Positions 17,997 through 27,393 of a stretch of DNA of 60,165 nt are shown here, one piece after another. Position numbers and translations under genes: made by a program. The notes below the pieces were generated by a model. The model saw only the letters and a list, made by a program, of their open reading frames with translations, searched no databases and had not been told where the DNA came from. Numbering within the stretch: the stretch's first letter is position 1; every line of letters starts with the position of its first letter. Source of the DNA: Ignavibacteriales bacterium (GTDB lineage Bacteria > Bacteroidota > Ignavibacteria > UBA10030); the NCBI GenBank assembly GCA_016194505.1, contig JACQBK010000051.1:1-60165 (forward strand), written 5' to 3'.

Positions 17997-19484
17997 TTAG
18001 CTCGATGGACGTTTCATCATTTGCACCATTTGGGCTTGAATAATCTCCCACACCTCGCGCACGTCCGACTCCTGCACGCGCAAGTGGCTTACCACCAACC
18101 GAAGCGTGTATCGTTCTCCAAGCTTTGTGTGGGATAAAAACGCCTTGCCCGTTTGATTAACTGCCCGCATCAGTTTTTCGTTGAACACGCTTAATTCTTC
18201 TTCCGTTTCAATTCCGGCCGGACGAGCGCGGAAGCACACCGTGCTTAACGGCACGGGAGCCAGCCGCTCAAATTCTGAATGCTTGTCAATCCAAGAAGCA
18301 AACAGGCTTGCAAGGCGGATATGCTCTCGGATTCTTACCGCAAGCCCATCCCATCCGAAATAGCGAAACACAAACCATAATTTAAGCGCCCGGAATCTGC
18401 GCCCCAACGGAATGCCATAGTCCATATAATTTTCCACCTCATCATCTCTCGAGGTGCGGAGATATTCCGGCACAAGGCTAAAGGCTTGCTTGAGAATTTT
18501 CGGCTTGCGCGTATAGAGAACGCTTAAATCCACCGGCACGAACATCCACTTGTGGGGGTTTATGACAAAAGAATCCGCGCGGCTGCAGCCATCTATAACA
18601 TGTCGCATCTCAGGCAGGATTGCGGCAGCGCCGCCATGCGCCGCATCAACGTGAAGCCACAGATTTTCCTTTTCACAGATCTCGGCAATCGCCGGCACAG
18701 GATCAATGCTTGTGCATGATGTCGTCCCAACTGTTGCAACGACGCAAACCGGACGAATACCATTACGCCTGTCCTCTGCAATCGCATCCTGCAACGCCGC
18801 GGGCTTCATCCGAAATGATTCATCAACCGGTATTTTCCGAATCCCATCCGTGCCAAAGCCGAGCGCAATGACCGCCTTATCAATCGAAGAATGGACAAAC
18901 TCGGAGGCATAGACTCGAAGCTTGGGCAGGTCTTTTCTGCCAATCATCCCATGCTCACGAATCTTTAAATCGCTTAATTGCTCCCGCGCCGCCGCAAGAG
19001 CATGAAAGGTGCTGACGGAAGCGGTATCGTACATAATTCCCCAAAAAGATTCCGGCAACCCTATCATCTGCCGCAGCCAGCCAAGTGTAACCTGCTCTAA
19101 CTCCGTTGCAGAAGGACTCGTCTGCCATACCATACCATTTGTGCCGAACACGCTGCTGAATATATCTGCAAGAACGCCGGGACCGCTTGCGGACGAGGTA
19201 AAGTAAGCGAAAAACCGCGGGTGGTTCCAATGCGTCATCCCCGGCATAATGATGCGGTCAATATCAGAAAAAATATGTTCCATCGGCTTACCTTGTTGCG
19301 GCGGAGCCTGCGGCAACATGCGGCGGATATCCCCCGGTGCTACATCGGGACAAACCGGATATTCTTCAATGTGGTTTAAATACTCTACTGCCCAATCTAT
19401 CGCTTTATGACCTGCGCTTTGAAATTCTTCCGACGGCATATCGCCAAGAGAAGGATGAACCGGTAAAGAGAATTTCTCTTTCAT
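17997..19484 (-). CDS. PLP-dependent group II decarboxylase (aromatic-L-amino-acid / tyrosine decarboxylase-like)
   Basis: The 495-aa product has the group II decarboxylase layout with the PLP-lysine motif SFVINPHKWMFVPVD. It also has HVDAAHGG and an N-terminal HWNHPRFFAYF signature. Confidence 0.85.
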   Translation of the reverse strand: MKEKFSLPVHPSLGDMPSEEFQSAGHKAIDWAVEYLNHIEEYPVCPDVAPGDIRRMLPQAPPQQGKPMEHIFSDIDRIIMPGMTHWNHPRFFAYFTSSASGPGVLADIFSSVFGTNGMVWQTSPSATELEQVTLGWLRQMIGLPESFWGIMYDTASVSTFHALAAAREQLSDLKIREHGMIGRKDLPKLRVYASEFVHSSIDKAVIALGFGTDGIRKIPVDESFRMKPAALQDAIAEDRRNGIRPVCVVATVGTTSCTSIDPVPAIAEICEKENLWLHVDAAHGGAAAILPEMRHVIDGCSRADSFVINPHKWMFVPVDLSVLYTRKPKILKQAFSLVPEYLRTSRDDEVENYMDYGIPLGRRFRALKLWFVFRYFGWDGLAVRIREHIRLASLFASWIDKHSEFERLAPVPLSTVCFRARPAGIETEEELSVFNEKLMRAVNQTGKAFLSHTKLGERYTLRLVVSHLRVQESDVREVWEIIQAQMVQMMKRPSS

Positions 19485-19528
19485 ATTTTTTAGGCCGATT
19501 GCAGTAAGGTATTAAACAAAAGACACAT

Positions 19529-19732
19529 TCATTGTACCGTCTTTTTCCTATTCACTAAAAGAAATATCAACCCGGCAACCACCATGAAGAGCCCCCACCA
19601 GATATCGGGGTGAAGGTTGGTGAAAATCTTCTGCTGCGCTGGAGGGCTAATCAACGAATACAACCCTGAAATTGTAACAACCGATCCTATGAAAAGAAGG
19701 AGCAGTCCGACAAAATACCAGATGGGTTTCAT
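19529..19732 (-). CDS. Small 2-TM membrane protein
   Basis: The 67-aa ORF has two clear hydrophobic helices and lies 15 nt downstream of the symporter gene on the same strand. Confidence 0.5.
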   Translation of the reverse strand: MKPIWYFVGLLLLFIGSVVTISGLYSLISPPAQQKIFTNLHPDIWWGLFMVVAGLIFLLVNRKKTVQ

Positions 19733-19747
19733 ACATTTACTCTCCTT

Positions 19748-21430
19748 TTACCAGTAATAGATATTGAGAATAATCAAAATAATAATAGAAATGATTGCAT
19801 AAAACCCCGGAGATTTGATAAAAGGAACATGATCGGTTATGTTCTCTTCGGTTAGCCCTTTGACAAGCCCTACAAGCTCTTCTTTCGGCCTCTTGTTGGT
19901 AAACAAGCTTATAACAATCGTAACAACAAAACATATCAGCCATGCCCACCACGCGCGCCAAAAATTGGCTGCCATATCGCTTGCTGTGGAGGAGAGCGTA
20001 AGAGCGACGGGGTCAAACCACTGGAATTTCACTGCAAGAAACAGAAGAAATGAAGAGCCCATTCCGCAAATCAAGCCCCAGAATGCTCCGGCCGGAGTAA
20101 TCCAAACAACGAACATTCCTAAGAGCATCGTGGCAAACAGAGGTGCGTTAACCCACGAGAAGATAGCCTGCATGTAGTCCATAATGCTTGGAAAAGTTTT
20201 TGCCCAATAAGCGGTTCCCACACTGAGAATGATGCCAACAACAGTCGCGACCCTTCCCATCCATAACAAATGCTCGTCGGAGGCGTTTTTGTTGATAAGT
20301 GAGCGATAGATGTCGTACGTCCATACGGTGTTAAATGCACTCACATTGCCCGCTTGTCCAGCCATAAACCCTGCGAGCAATGCAGTGATCCCTAAACCGA
20401 TTAAACCGCTTGGATAATATCGTTGAATAAGAAGAGGGAGTGTTGAGTCGTAATTAACTTGACCACCGTCTTGTAATAAAACAAAACCACTTTTTGGGTC
20501 GTTAGCAAGCGCAAGAGCGACAAGCCCAGACATAATAACGAGGAACGGTACAGCCATCTTGAAAAACGATGCAATAATAGGCGTCATCCGCGCCGAGCGA
20601 AGATCTTTTGCCGAAAACGCACGCTGCACGACAAGAAAATCCGTTGTCCAGTATCCGAACGACAGCACAAACCCAAGACCGAACACAATGCCCGCCCATG
20701 TGATCACCATACCGTTTTGTGTCGGGTCGGCGGAGGTTGACCAGAGCGTGCTGAAGGAGTGCGGAATTCTTGCAAAGACTTCCTTTATGCCTCCTATCTC
20801 GACAATGCCGAGAAAGGAGACAAGAAAAAGTCCAAACCAAATAAGGAAAAACTGTATAATCTCGGTGAAGATTGCAGATAACAACCCGCTCATGGTTACA
20901 TAGACCGCAACCGTTGCAGCCGATATCCACATACTGACATCCCAATTCCAACCGAGAAAGGTGTGTAACACAAGCGCCATTGCATAGAGATTAATGCCGG
21001 AAACCAACAGTGTCATAATGGCGAATGCAATTGCGTTGAGCACACGCGTTCGTTCATCGAAGCGGAGCTTTAAGTAACCAGGAACAGAATGAATACGACT
21101 ACTATAATAAAACGGCATCATATAGATACCGAGGAAAAGCATCGCAGGGATCGCACCGATCCAGTAAAAATGAGCAACATACATTCCGTACTTGAATGTA
21201 TTGCCGGTCATGCCAAGCAATTCAAGCGCGCCAAGGTTGGCTGAAAGAAAAGCAATGCCGGCAACCCACGCACTGTTCTTTCGACCTGCAATAAAAAAAT
21301 CTTCCTGACTCTTCGTGAACCGCTTAAGATAGTATCCCAGTCCCAAGATGAACGCAAAATAAATTATAATAATAAGCCAATCAAAAAAACTTAACCCGAT
21401 TGTCGCCATGAGTGTGCCTTTCTGAAACAT
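19748..21430 (-). CDS. Sodium:solute symporter family transporter (SGLT-like)
   Basis: The 560-aa product has ~13-14 TM segments and SSS-family N-terminal motifs (FIAGRKNSAWVAGIAFLSANLGALELLG). It is adjacent to galK and the alpha-galactosidase gene. Confidence 0.8.
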   Translation of the reverse strand: MFQKGTLMATIGLSFFDWLIIIIYFAFILGLGYYLKRFTKSQEDFFIAGRKNSAWVAGIAFLSANLGALELLGMTGNTFKYGMYVAHFYWIGAIPAMLFLGIYMMPFYYSSRIHSVPGYLKLRFDERTRVLNAIAFAIMTLLVSGINLYAMALVLHTFLGWNWDVSMWISAATVAVYVTMSGLLSAIFTEIIQFFLIWFGLFLVSFLGIVEIGGIKEVFARIPHSFSTLWSTSADPTQNGMVITWAGIVFGLGFVLSFGYWTTDFLVVQRAFSAKDLRSARMTPIIASFFKMAVPFLVIMSGLVALALANDPKSGFVLLQDGGQVNYDSTLPLLIQRYYPSGLIGLGITALLAGFMAGQAGNVSAFNTVWTYDIYRSLINKNASDEHLLWMGRVATVVGIILSVGTAYWAKTFPSIMDYMQAIFSWVNAPLFATMLLGMFVVWITPAGAFWGLICGMGSSFLLFLAVKFQWFDPVALTLSSTASDMAANFWRAWWAWLICFVVTIVISLFTNKRPKEELVGLVKGLTEENITDHVPFIKSPGFYAIISIIILIILNIYYW

Positions 21431-21453
21431 TCAAGAATACTGATAAACTCTAT

Positions 21454-22728
21454 TTATTGCAATTCCACTGTGCCAACTGGACGAATAGTTATTTGGTTAA
21501 CACATCCTTGAACAAATATTGATTCCATAAGTTTTGTGTATTCAATTACTTTTTCATGCGGCAGAAAGGCTTGAATTGTTCCCGCAAACCCGCCGCCATG
21601 CACACGGCAAGCTCCCGCTCCAATTTCGTTTATACATCGCTTGGAAATAGCAAGCGCCGTTGCAATTCCTTGTTCGGTTGTAGCGCTTCCCGCAACAACA
21701 TTTTGCAGCCACCGAAACGATGAATTGCCCGATTCGTTGACGAGCCGGAGAAACGCCGGAAAGTCCTTTGCCCGCAGAACGTTAACTTGTAAATCAACTC
21801 TTTTGTTTTCTTCAATAAAATGCAGGGCGCGCAAGAATGCTCTATCTCCTACGCTGGAACGAAGCCGGGCGGCATCCTTCAAAAGTTCTTGCTCAGAAAT
21901 TTCGCGGCAGAATTCTTTGCCAAAGTACGCCGCAACGGATTTCATGTCGCGGGGGATGGAAGCGTACTCTTCAGTCAGATCGGCATGGCTGCCGCCGGTA
22001 TCTACCACGAGAACGCTATAGCCTTCGCGAGAGAAATCGAATTCCATTCTCTCAACAAGAGGCGACCGTGGATCGTTAAAATCAATCTTCACAATGCCGC
22101 CGACGGCACAGGTGATTTGATCCATCAAGCCGCATGGCTTGCCAAAATAATTATTTTCCGCGTCTTGGCATAGCTGCGCAATGGTGATTGGCTCGATTGT
22201 GTTCTGATTATACAATGAATTCAATATCGTAGCGATAAGCACTTCAACGGAAGCAGACGAACTTAACCCTGAGCCTATCAAGACGTCGCTTGTTACACAC
22301 GCACGAAATCCCCCGACGTGATAACCGAGTTGCTGAAATCGAGATGCAATACCGCGAATGAGCGCCGCGGTTGTGCCTCGCTCGGAATCAACAGCCGAAA
22401 GATTATCCAACTTAACTATAAACGGCTGTGGGTATTGCTCCGAATACATCGTTATCGCATTCTCTGTAGATTGTGCCGCGACTGCAATGGAATCGAGATC
22501 AATGCTTGCGGCAAGCACCTTGCCATGGTTATGGTCTGTATGGTTGCCGCCGATTTCAATTCTGCCCGGCGTGCTAAACAAACGGATGTCTGCTTCCCCA
22601 AATCTCTTGTGAAATTCACTAATAAGTTTTTCCCATCGTTGAGCTTGCTTCACTATGCCATGAGTATCAATCTCATGAAGAGCAAGTTTTTGCGTACGAT
22701 CAGAGAATAATGTCATTGAGATTTCCAT
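21454..22728 (-). CDS. galK: Galactokinase (GHMP kinase family)
   Basis: The 424-aa product has the galactokinase signature GRIEIGGNHTDHNHG and the GHMP ATP motif GSGLSSSASVEV. A C-terminal GGGFAG motif is also present. Confidence 0.85.
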   Translation of the reverse strand: MEISMTLFSDRTQKLALHEIDTHGIVKQAQRWEKLISEFHKRFGEADIRLFSTPGRIEIGGNHTDHNHGKVLAASIDLDSIAVAAQSTENAITMYSEQYPQPFIVKLDNLSAVDSERGTTAALIRGIASRFQQLGYHVGGFRACVTSDVLIGSGLSSSASVEVLIATILNSLYNQNTIEPITIAQLCQDAENNYFGKPCGLMDQITCAVGGIVKIDFNDPRSPLVERMEFDFSREGYSVLVVDTGGSHADLTEEYASIPRDMKSVAAYFGKEFCREISEQELLKDAARLRSSVGDRAFLRALHFIEENKRVDLQVNVLRAKDFPAFLRLVNESGNSSFRWLQNVVAGSATTEQGIATALAISKRCINEIGAGACRVHGGGFAGTIQAFLPHEKVIEYTKLMESIFVQGCVNQITIRPVGTVELQ

Positions 22729-22786
22729 ACTCAGCGTTACGTCACAAGGGATGTTGACACGGCTGGCTATCTTTCGAACTGTCTCA

Positions 22787-24802
22787 TCATTTGAGCGGCG
22801 TTACTTTCAAGAGAACAACTCCATGGTAGGGAACTTCCGACTCGAATTGGCTTTCATAATGTCCTAAGTCCTGCTGCCTCCACAAATCCCTTACTATGAA
22901 CTTGCCGTGAAGCCCAAGCTCCGCAGCCTGAAACGAAACTTTTGCTTTCGTTTCTCCGCCCCATCGAAAATTGCTGACCGGATTGTTCGCGTCTTCCGCA
23001 CCAAAGAAAAGTCCAACCGCTTTGGACCCATCTTCCAAGTCTTTTACCCAAACATCCTTGCCATCATTTCGACTCACGAGGCGTGCTTGTTTCCCCAGCG
23101 GATCTTGGTTCACCTCCAAGACTTCATCATTTGTGAGAAGGCTAAGAGTAAAGTCATCTAAACGGGCGAGGTCACATCCTAATAACAGCGGCGCTGAGTG
23201 CAAACACCAAAGGCTGATATGTGTGTACTGTTCATCAGGCGTAAGCTTTGTCGGGTGTAACTGCGGTCCCCACCCGACAAGACCAACGACAAGCATATCC
23301 GGGTCATTCCAATGACCGGGCCCGCCAAACGGACGCCATCTATCTTGGGAAAACCCAATGCCGCTCATGCTTGCCCACGTATCTATAATGTCACCCGTTG
23401 TGCGCCAGCAATTTGCAAGTCGCGCCCACTCCGCAGCATATTCAAACGGAGCAGAGTTCGAAAGACTGTACACAATATCTCTTCCACTGGAGCGCAACGC
23501 ATCCTTCATTTTCTGCACCGCTTCAACGTTGTTAGGATTCCAGTCATACTTCAGATAATCAATGCCCCAGTGCGCCCATTGCCCAGCATCGTTTTGTTCG
23601 AAGGAATATTTCCCATGCCGCCAAAATTTATTGCTCGCCATCTCTTTTGTCCACCCGCCGTTTGCACTATCACTTGACCCGCCGCAAAACTTCGCATAGG
23701 AGGTAACCCAGGGGGTTGAATAGATGCCAATCTTCAATCCTAAGCTATGCACATAGTCGGAGAGAGCCTTCATATCCGGAAATTTTTCATTCGACAGAAT
23801 AGCGTTGAATGCACCGCCGCGAGCTCCTTGCCATGTATCATCAATGTTGATGTATGTCCAGCCATGATTGACAAGACCTGCCTCAACGAACGCTTTAGCC
23901 GCAGCACGAACTTTTGCATCATCAATGGCCTCAGCCCAGCAATTCCAGCTATTCCAACCCAGCGGGGGCGTAAGACTAATATTTTCACCTACAACAATCC
24001 TCAGTGTGCGCTCTGCCTTTCCGAAAGCATTGCTCGCTCCAAGCACAACGTAGTATTCTCCTTCTTTGTCGAGGGAGCCGTTTATTCTTCCGGTTGATTC
24101 ATCGAGCGCAAGACCTTTTGGTAAATCCTTTGCGGCAAATATCATCGGTCTCTGGCCTGTTGCTGCAATGGTGTAAAGGAATGGATGGCCCGGACGCACA
24201 CCAAAAACCTTTGCTCCATTGATTCGTGGTTTTTCAGAAGCCTTAGGCGTTAAAATATAAGAAGTTACTGCTGAAGGAGTAATTGCCTCAGTCAATGTAG
24301 AAAGAGAGTAAGAAGTGTTGAATGTAATTTTCGCTTCGCACCAATCTGCATGATCATAGCTAATGCCGTCACTGGCATCAGTCACCAACAGGCCCAATAG
24401 TTTCATGCCGCGTATGTCGAGATCAGCCTGCTTTGCAGCATTTCCTTTCTTCATCACGCCGCTTCGCCAGAGAATTTTCTTGTCACCGACGAGGAAGAAT
24501 TCAACGCTTGCGCGTGTGTTGGCTTCATCATCAACGCCGACAAAAGCCGTGAAGCGCTCTCCCTTACCACTCACGTTCAGCAACATTCTACTTATTGCAT
24601 GCGTGCCTACGCCCCGCTCAAACTTCTGACCTGCAATGGAAAGAGGGTTTCCATCCACAGATTTTTTTGCTTGTGGAGTACCCCACCCGATATCCATTGT
24701 AGAAAGGTCAAGCTCATCAAGCCACACTGTTTGCGCGAGTACCTCGGCGGCAGAAGTAACATAAAAAGCTACTATGAAACACAGCCAAATGTTTTTGTTC
24801 AT
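22787..24802 (-). CDS. Alpha-galactosidase (GH27) with an N-terminal NPCBM carbohydrate-binding module
   Basis: The 671-aa product has a signal peptide and an NPCBM-like region (WLDELDLSTMDIGWGTPQAKKSVDGNPLSIAGQKFERGVGTHA). GH27 motifs are present (PPLGWNSWNCW; IDYLKYDW; WNDPDML). Confidence 0.85.
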   Translation of the reverse strand: MNKNIWLCFIVAFYVTSAAEVLAQTVWLDELDLSTMDIGWGTPQAKKSVDGNPLSIAGQKFERGVGTHAISRMLLNVSGKGERFTAFVGVDDEANTRASVEFFLVGDKKILWRSGVMKKGNAAKQADLDIRGMKLLGLLVTDASDGISYDHADWCEAKITFNTSYSLSTLTEAITPSAVTSYILTPKASEKPRINGAKVFGVRPGHPFLYTIAATGQRPMIFAAKDLPKGLALDESTGRINGSLDKEGEYYVVLGASNAFGKAERTLRIVVGENISLTPPLGWNSWNCWAEAIDDAKVRAAAKAFVEAGLVNHGWTYINIDDTWQGARGGAFNAILSNEKFPDMKALSDYVHSLGLKIGIYSTPWVTSYAKFCGGSSDSANGGWTKEMASNKFWRHGKYSFEQNDAGQWAHWGIDYLKYDWNPNNVEAVQKMKDALRSSGRDIVYSLSNSAPFEYAAEWARLANCWRTTGDIIDTWASMSGIGFSQDRWRPFGGPGHWNDPDMLVVGLVGWGPQLHPTKLTPDEQYTHISLWCLHSAPLLLGCDLARLDDFTLSLLTNDEVLEVNQDPLGKQARLVSRNDGKDVWVKDLEDGSKAVGLFFGAEDANNPVSNFRWGGETKAKVSFQAAELGLHGKFIVRDLWRQQDLGHYESQFESEVPYHGVVLLKVTPLK

Positions 24803-24958
24803 ATAAGTAACCGGTTAGAGTTTTTTTACATACATGGTTTTTGCGGAAAAGCGACGGATCGTGTCCGTTCTTAATCCGTAGAAAATAATCAAGCTCAACC
24901 GTATAGTCAAACAGAAAGGTTAAAAAACTTCGATTTTTTTCTCACCAACGTTCTATTG

Positions 24959-25234
24959 TCAATTTAGAGAACTATACTGGAAACCACGAAAATGGTGGTC
25001 AAACCACGAGAGAATTTCTTGTGAAAAACTGCGGTACAGCGCAAGTCTTTCACGAAGAGTGCCGAGGGGCGGATAGAGAATGCTGCCCGACATCATATCA
25101 CGGCCGCAGGGCTCAAACATCAATCCCGTGCGCATCCAATCGTACTCTGCGAGGAAATGTTCACGCCGTTCGCTCATGGTATTTCCCTGCAACACAGGAC
25201 CGCCGCTTTCACTACGCGAACAGGGTTGCCGCAT
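24959..25234 (-). pseudogene. Remnant of a proline racemase / 4-hydroxyproline epimerase family gene (N-terminal ~70 aa only)
   Basis: The translation ...GNTMSERREHFLAEYDWMRTGLMFEPCGRDMMSGSILYPP matches the conserved family pattern G-x-T-M...D-x-x-R...L-M-x-E-P-R-G-H-x-x-M-x-G-x-x-L-x-P-P. The family is ~330 aa. The remaining residues are unrelated and only ~160 bp of non-coding DNA follows. Confidence 0.5.
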
Positions 25235-25297
25235 ATGTGAGCATCTATGCAGGAAAATATATGCCGTGCCATAAGGATACCGTATGAAATTTATTTT

Positions 25298-25993
25298 CTA
25301 CGAAAGCTCCAAAGCGCGCTTGGTGAACCGCTCAAGATAATTGAGTAACTCATCGGACGATGTTCCCGCTTTGCGTATATCTCCAGATGCAATGGCTTTC
25401 ATCAGTTTGGCGTGAAGCGCGGAAGCTTTCAATAAATCACCGCTATGTTTATACGCGAACCAAAAGCGGCGGCAATGGGCATGCATCGGTTTGACCGCGG
25501 TGACTGCATACGGATTGTGCGACGCCAACCAGAGAAGCTCATCAAACTTATGGTCGAGACGCATAAACTCTTTGAGATTTTTTCTTGCGATTTCTTTATC
25601 CATTGCCAAAGCGATGCGTTTAAGCGTTTTCCGCTCATCAGGGGTTGCCCGCTTGGCGGCTTTTTCCGCGATCAAGTGATCCAATACCCGGCGCGCTTCA
25701 AGGAGCGCAACGTAGTCGGCAAGATTGACGTCGCTGACCGCAATCCCTTTTCGGGAAATTACTTTGACCAATTGCTCGCGCTCAAGCCGCAACAATGCCT
25801 CGCGCAAGGGAGTTCTGCCGAAACCTGTTTTGTGGATAAGCTCCCGTTCCGTAACGACACTGCCGGGGTGAAGCTCAAGCGTCAGTATCATTTTCTCAAG
25901 AACGGCGTACGCTTTCTTCGCAAGCGTTTCTTTTAATGGCGCGATGGGCTTGGGTTTATTGTTGCCTGTTTTCATGGAATTGTTAGGGTGCAA
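25298..25993 (-). CDS. GntR-family transcriptional regulator (FadR/FCD subfamily)
   Basis: The 231-aa product has an N-terminal winged HTH (PGSVVTERELIHKTGFGRTPLREALLRLEREQLV). A helical FCD-type C-terminal ligand domain follows. Confidence 0.85.
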   Translation of the reverse strand: MHPNNSMKTGNNKPKPIAPLKETLAKKAYAVLEKMILTLELHPGSVVTERELIHKTGFGRTPLREALLRLEREQLVKVISRKGIAVSDVNLADYVALLEARRVLDHLIAEKAAKRATPDERKTLKRIALAMDKEIARKNLKEFMRLDHKFDELLWLASHNPYAVTAVKPMHAHCRRFWFAYKHSGDLLKASALHAKLMKAIASGDIRKAGTSSDELLNYLERFTKRALELS

Positions 25994-26270
25994 TATAACA
26001 TGTTTTTACCGTTGTGTAAAACTCAATTGCGTAGTGACCTTGCTCGCGGCTGCCATAGCTTGAGCCTTTTCTTCCCCAAAATGGCACGTGGTAATCAACG
26101 CCTGCAGTGGGAAGATTGACCATCACCATCCCTGCCGGCACACGTTCTTTGAAATGGCTTGCGTACTTGAGCGACGTGGTGCAAATGCCGCTGGAAAGCC
26201 CAAACGGCGTATCGTTTGCCGCAGATTCCACCGTCTTATGAGCGTGCGGCACATCCGCCCCCCCGCCCAC
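25983..26270 (-). pseudogene. C-terminal remnant of an aldehyde dehydrogenase (alpha-ketoglutarate-semialdehyde dehydrogenase-like)
   Basis: The 95-aa ORF reads NDTPFGLSSGICTTSL...AGMVMVNLPTAGVDYHVPFWGRKGSSYGSREQG, which corresponds to the last ~90 aa of ALDH enzymes (~480-520 aa). The canonical PFGG is mutated to PFWG. Only 93 bp separate it from the upstream gene, so the catalytic core is absent. Confidence 0.6.
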
Positions 26271-26363
26271 GATATCTGTTATATCCGACGGATTGATAGT
26301 ATCACGTGCGACAGCCGTTTCAATCCATTCCCCGTAATGTAGTTTTTGAACATGGGTTGTTCT

Positions 26364-27284
26364 TTACAAAGTGGGTAGCGAAGGTCTCTTCGCTAACGCC
26401 GTGTTGACAATATCCTCCACATACTCCCGTTCGTGATCCACGAGCGGCAAGCGCGGCAAACGGACATATTCCGTTCCGCACCCCACGATGGATTCCACCA
26501 ACTTAATATTTTGAACAAATTTTACCGATACATCCAAATGGAGGAGCGGAGTAAACCAACGATACAGTTCCAATGCTTCCGTAATCCGACCGGCTTTAAT
26601 AAGCTTGTACAAAGCGACGGTTTCTTTTGGGAACGCGCACACCAATCCGGCAACCCATCCATCGGCGCCGAGGACTAAGCTTTCAAACGCAAGGTCATCA
26701 ACTCCAGTAAAGATTTGATACCGCTCACCAACGAGGTTATGAATGTTGGTGATGCGCCGAACATCATCGGAAGACTCTTTGAGAGCGACAAATTTTGGCT
26801 CGCTGGCAAGCTCCGCAAACATTTCCGGCGTGATATCCACGCGATAAGCAATGGGGTTGTTGTAAAGCATTATAGGCTTATCGGTTGCGTTCGCAACGAT
26901 ACGTAGATGCTGCATCGTTTCGCGTTTATCGGCAGCATACTGCATTGCCGGCAACACCATAAATCCGTTGATGCCGTTCTTCGCGGCTTCTTCAGCGAAT
27001 TTGCAAGCGCCGTGCGTGCTGGTTTCAGCAACGCCTGCAAGGACGGGAACGCGTCCGTTGCTGACCGCCACCGCAATTCTGATGACTTCTTGCTTTTCCT
27101 CCGGCTTCAACACCCCGTTCTCTCCAAGCGAGCCGAGCACGACCAACCCATCAACACCACAAGCGATCTGCCAGGAACAATGCTTTTCCATCGCGGGAAT
27201 ATCCAGCGACGAATCAGGTTTCATTTTTGTGGTCAGAGCGGGGAAAACACCAGCCCAACGAGGGTATTTGTGATTATTCACCAT
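26364..27284 (-). CDS. DapA/dihydrodipicolinate synthase-family lyase (candidate pyrroline-4-hydroxy-2-carboxylate deaminase)
   Basis: The 306-aa product has class I aldolase DapA-family motifs (GLVVLGSLGENGVL; the Schiff-base lysine context FVALKESSDD). Its neighbours are relics of hydroxyproline-pathway genes. Confidence 0.75.
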   Translation of the reverse strand: MVNNHKYPRWAGVFPALTTKMKPDSSLDIPAMEKHCSWQIACGVDGLVVLGSLGENGVLKPEEKQEVIRIAVAVSNGRVPVLAGVAETSTHGACKFAEEAAKNGINGFMVLPAMQYAADKRETMQHLRIVANATDKPIMLYNNPIAYRVDITPEMFAELASEPKFVALKESSDDVRRITNIHNLVGERYQIFTGVDDLAFESLVLGADGWVAGLVCAFPKETVALYKLIKAGRITEALELYRWFTPLLHLDVSVKFVQNIKLVESIVGCGTEYVRLPRLPLVDHEREYVEDIVNTALAKRPSLPTL

Positions 27285-27316
27285 AATGGATAGTATGAAA
27301 ATCGGTTAGGGGTTAG

Positions 27317-27337
27317 TGATATATCAATTATATATCA
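27317..27337. promoter_or_regulatory. Candidate operator palindrome upstream of the DapA-family gene
   Basis: The inverted repeat TGATATAT-caatt-ATATATCA lies 33-53 bp upstream of the start codon at 27284. It is a plausible binding site for the GntR-family regulator encoded in the same cluster. Confidence 0.3.
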
Positions 27338-27393
27338 GATATGTACAAATTTAAACTTTAAAATACAACCTGGCAAACTTTCCGTAGTGTTTG

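Noticed and set aside
27360-27385. A sigma-54-like TGGCAA...  string near 27370
   Set aside because: Only the -24 half resembles the consensus (TGGCAA-ACTTT-CCGTA), with no TTGC at -12. It also lies on the plus strand, where no gene follows.
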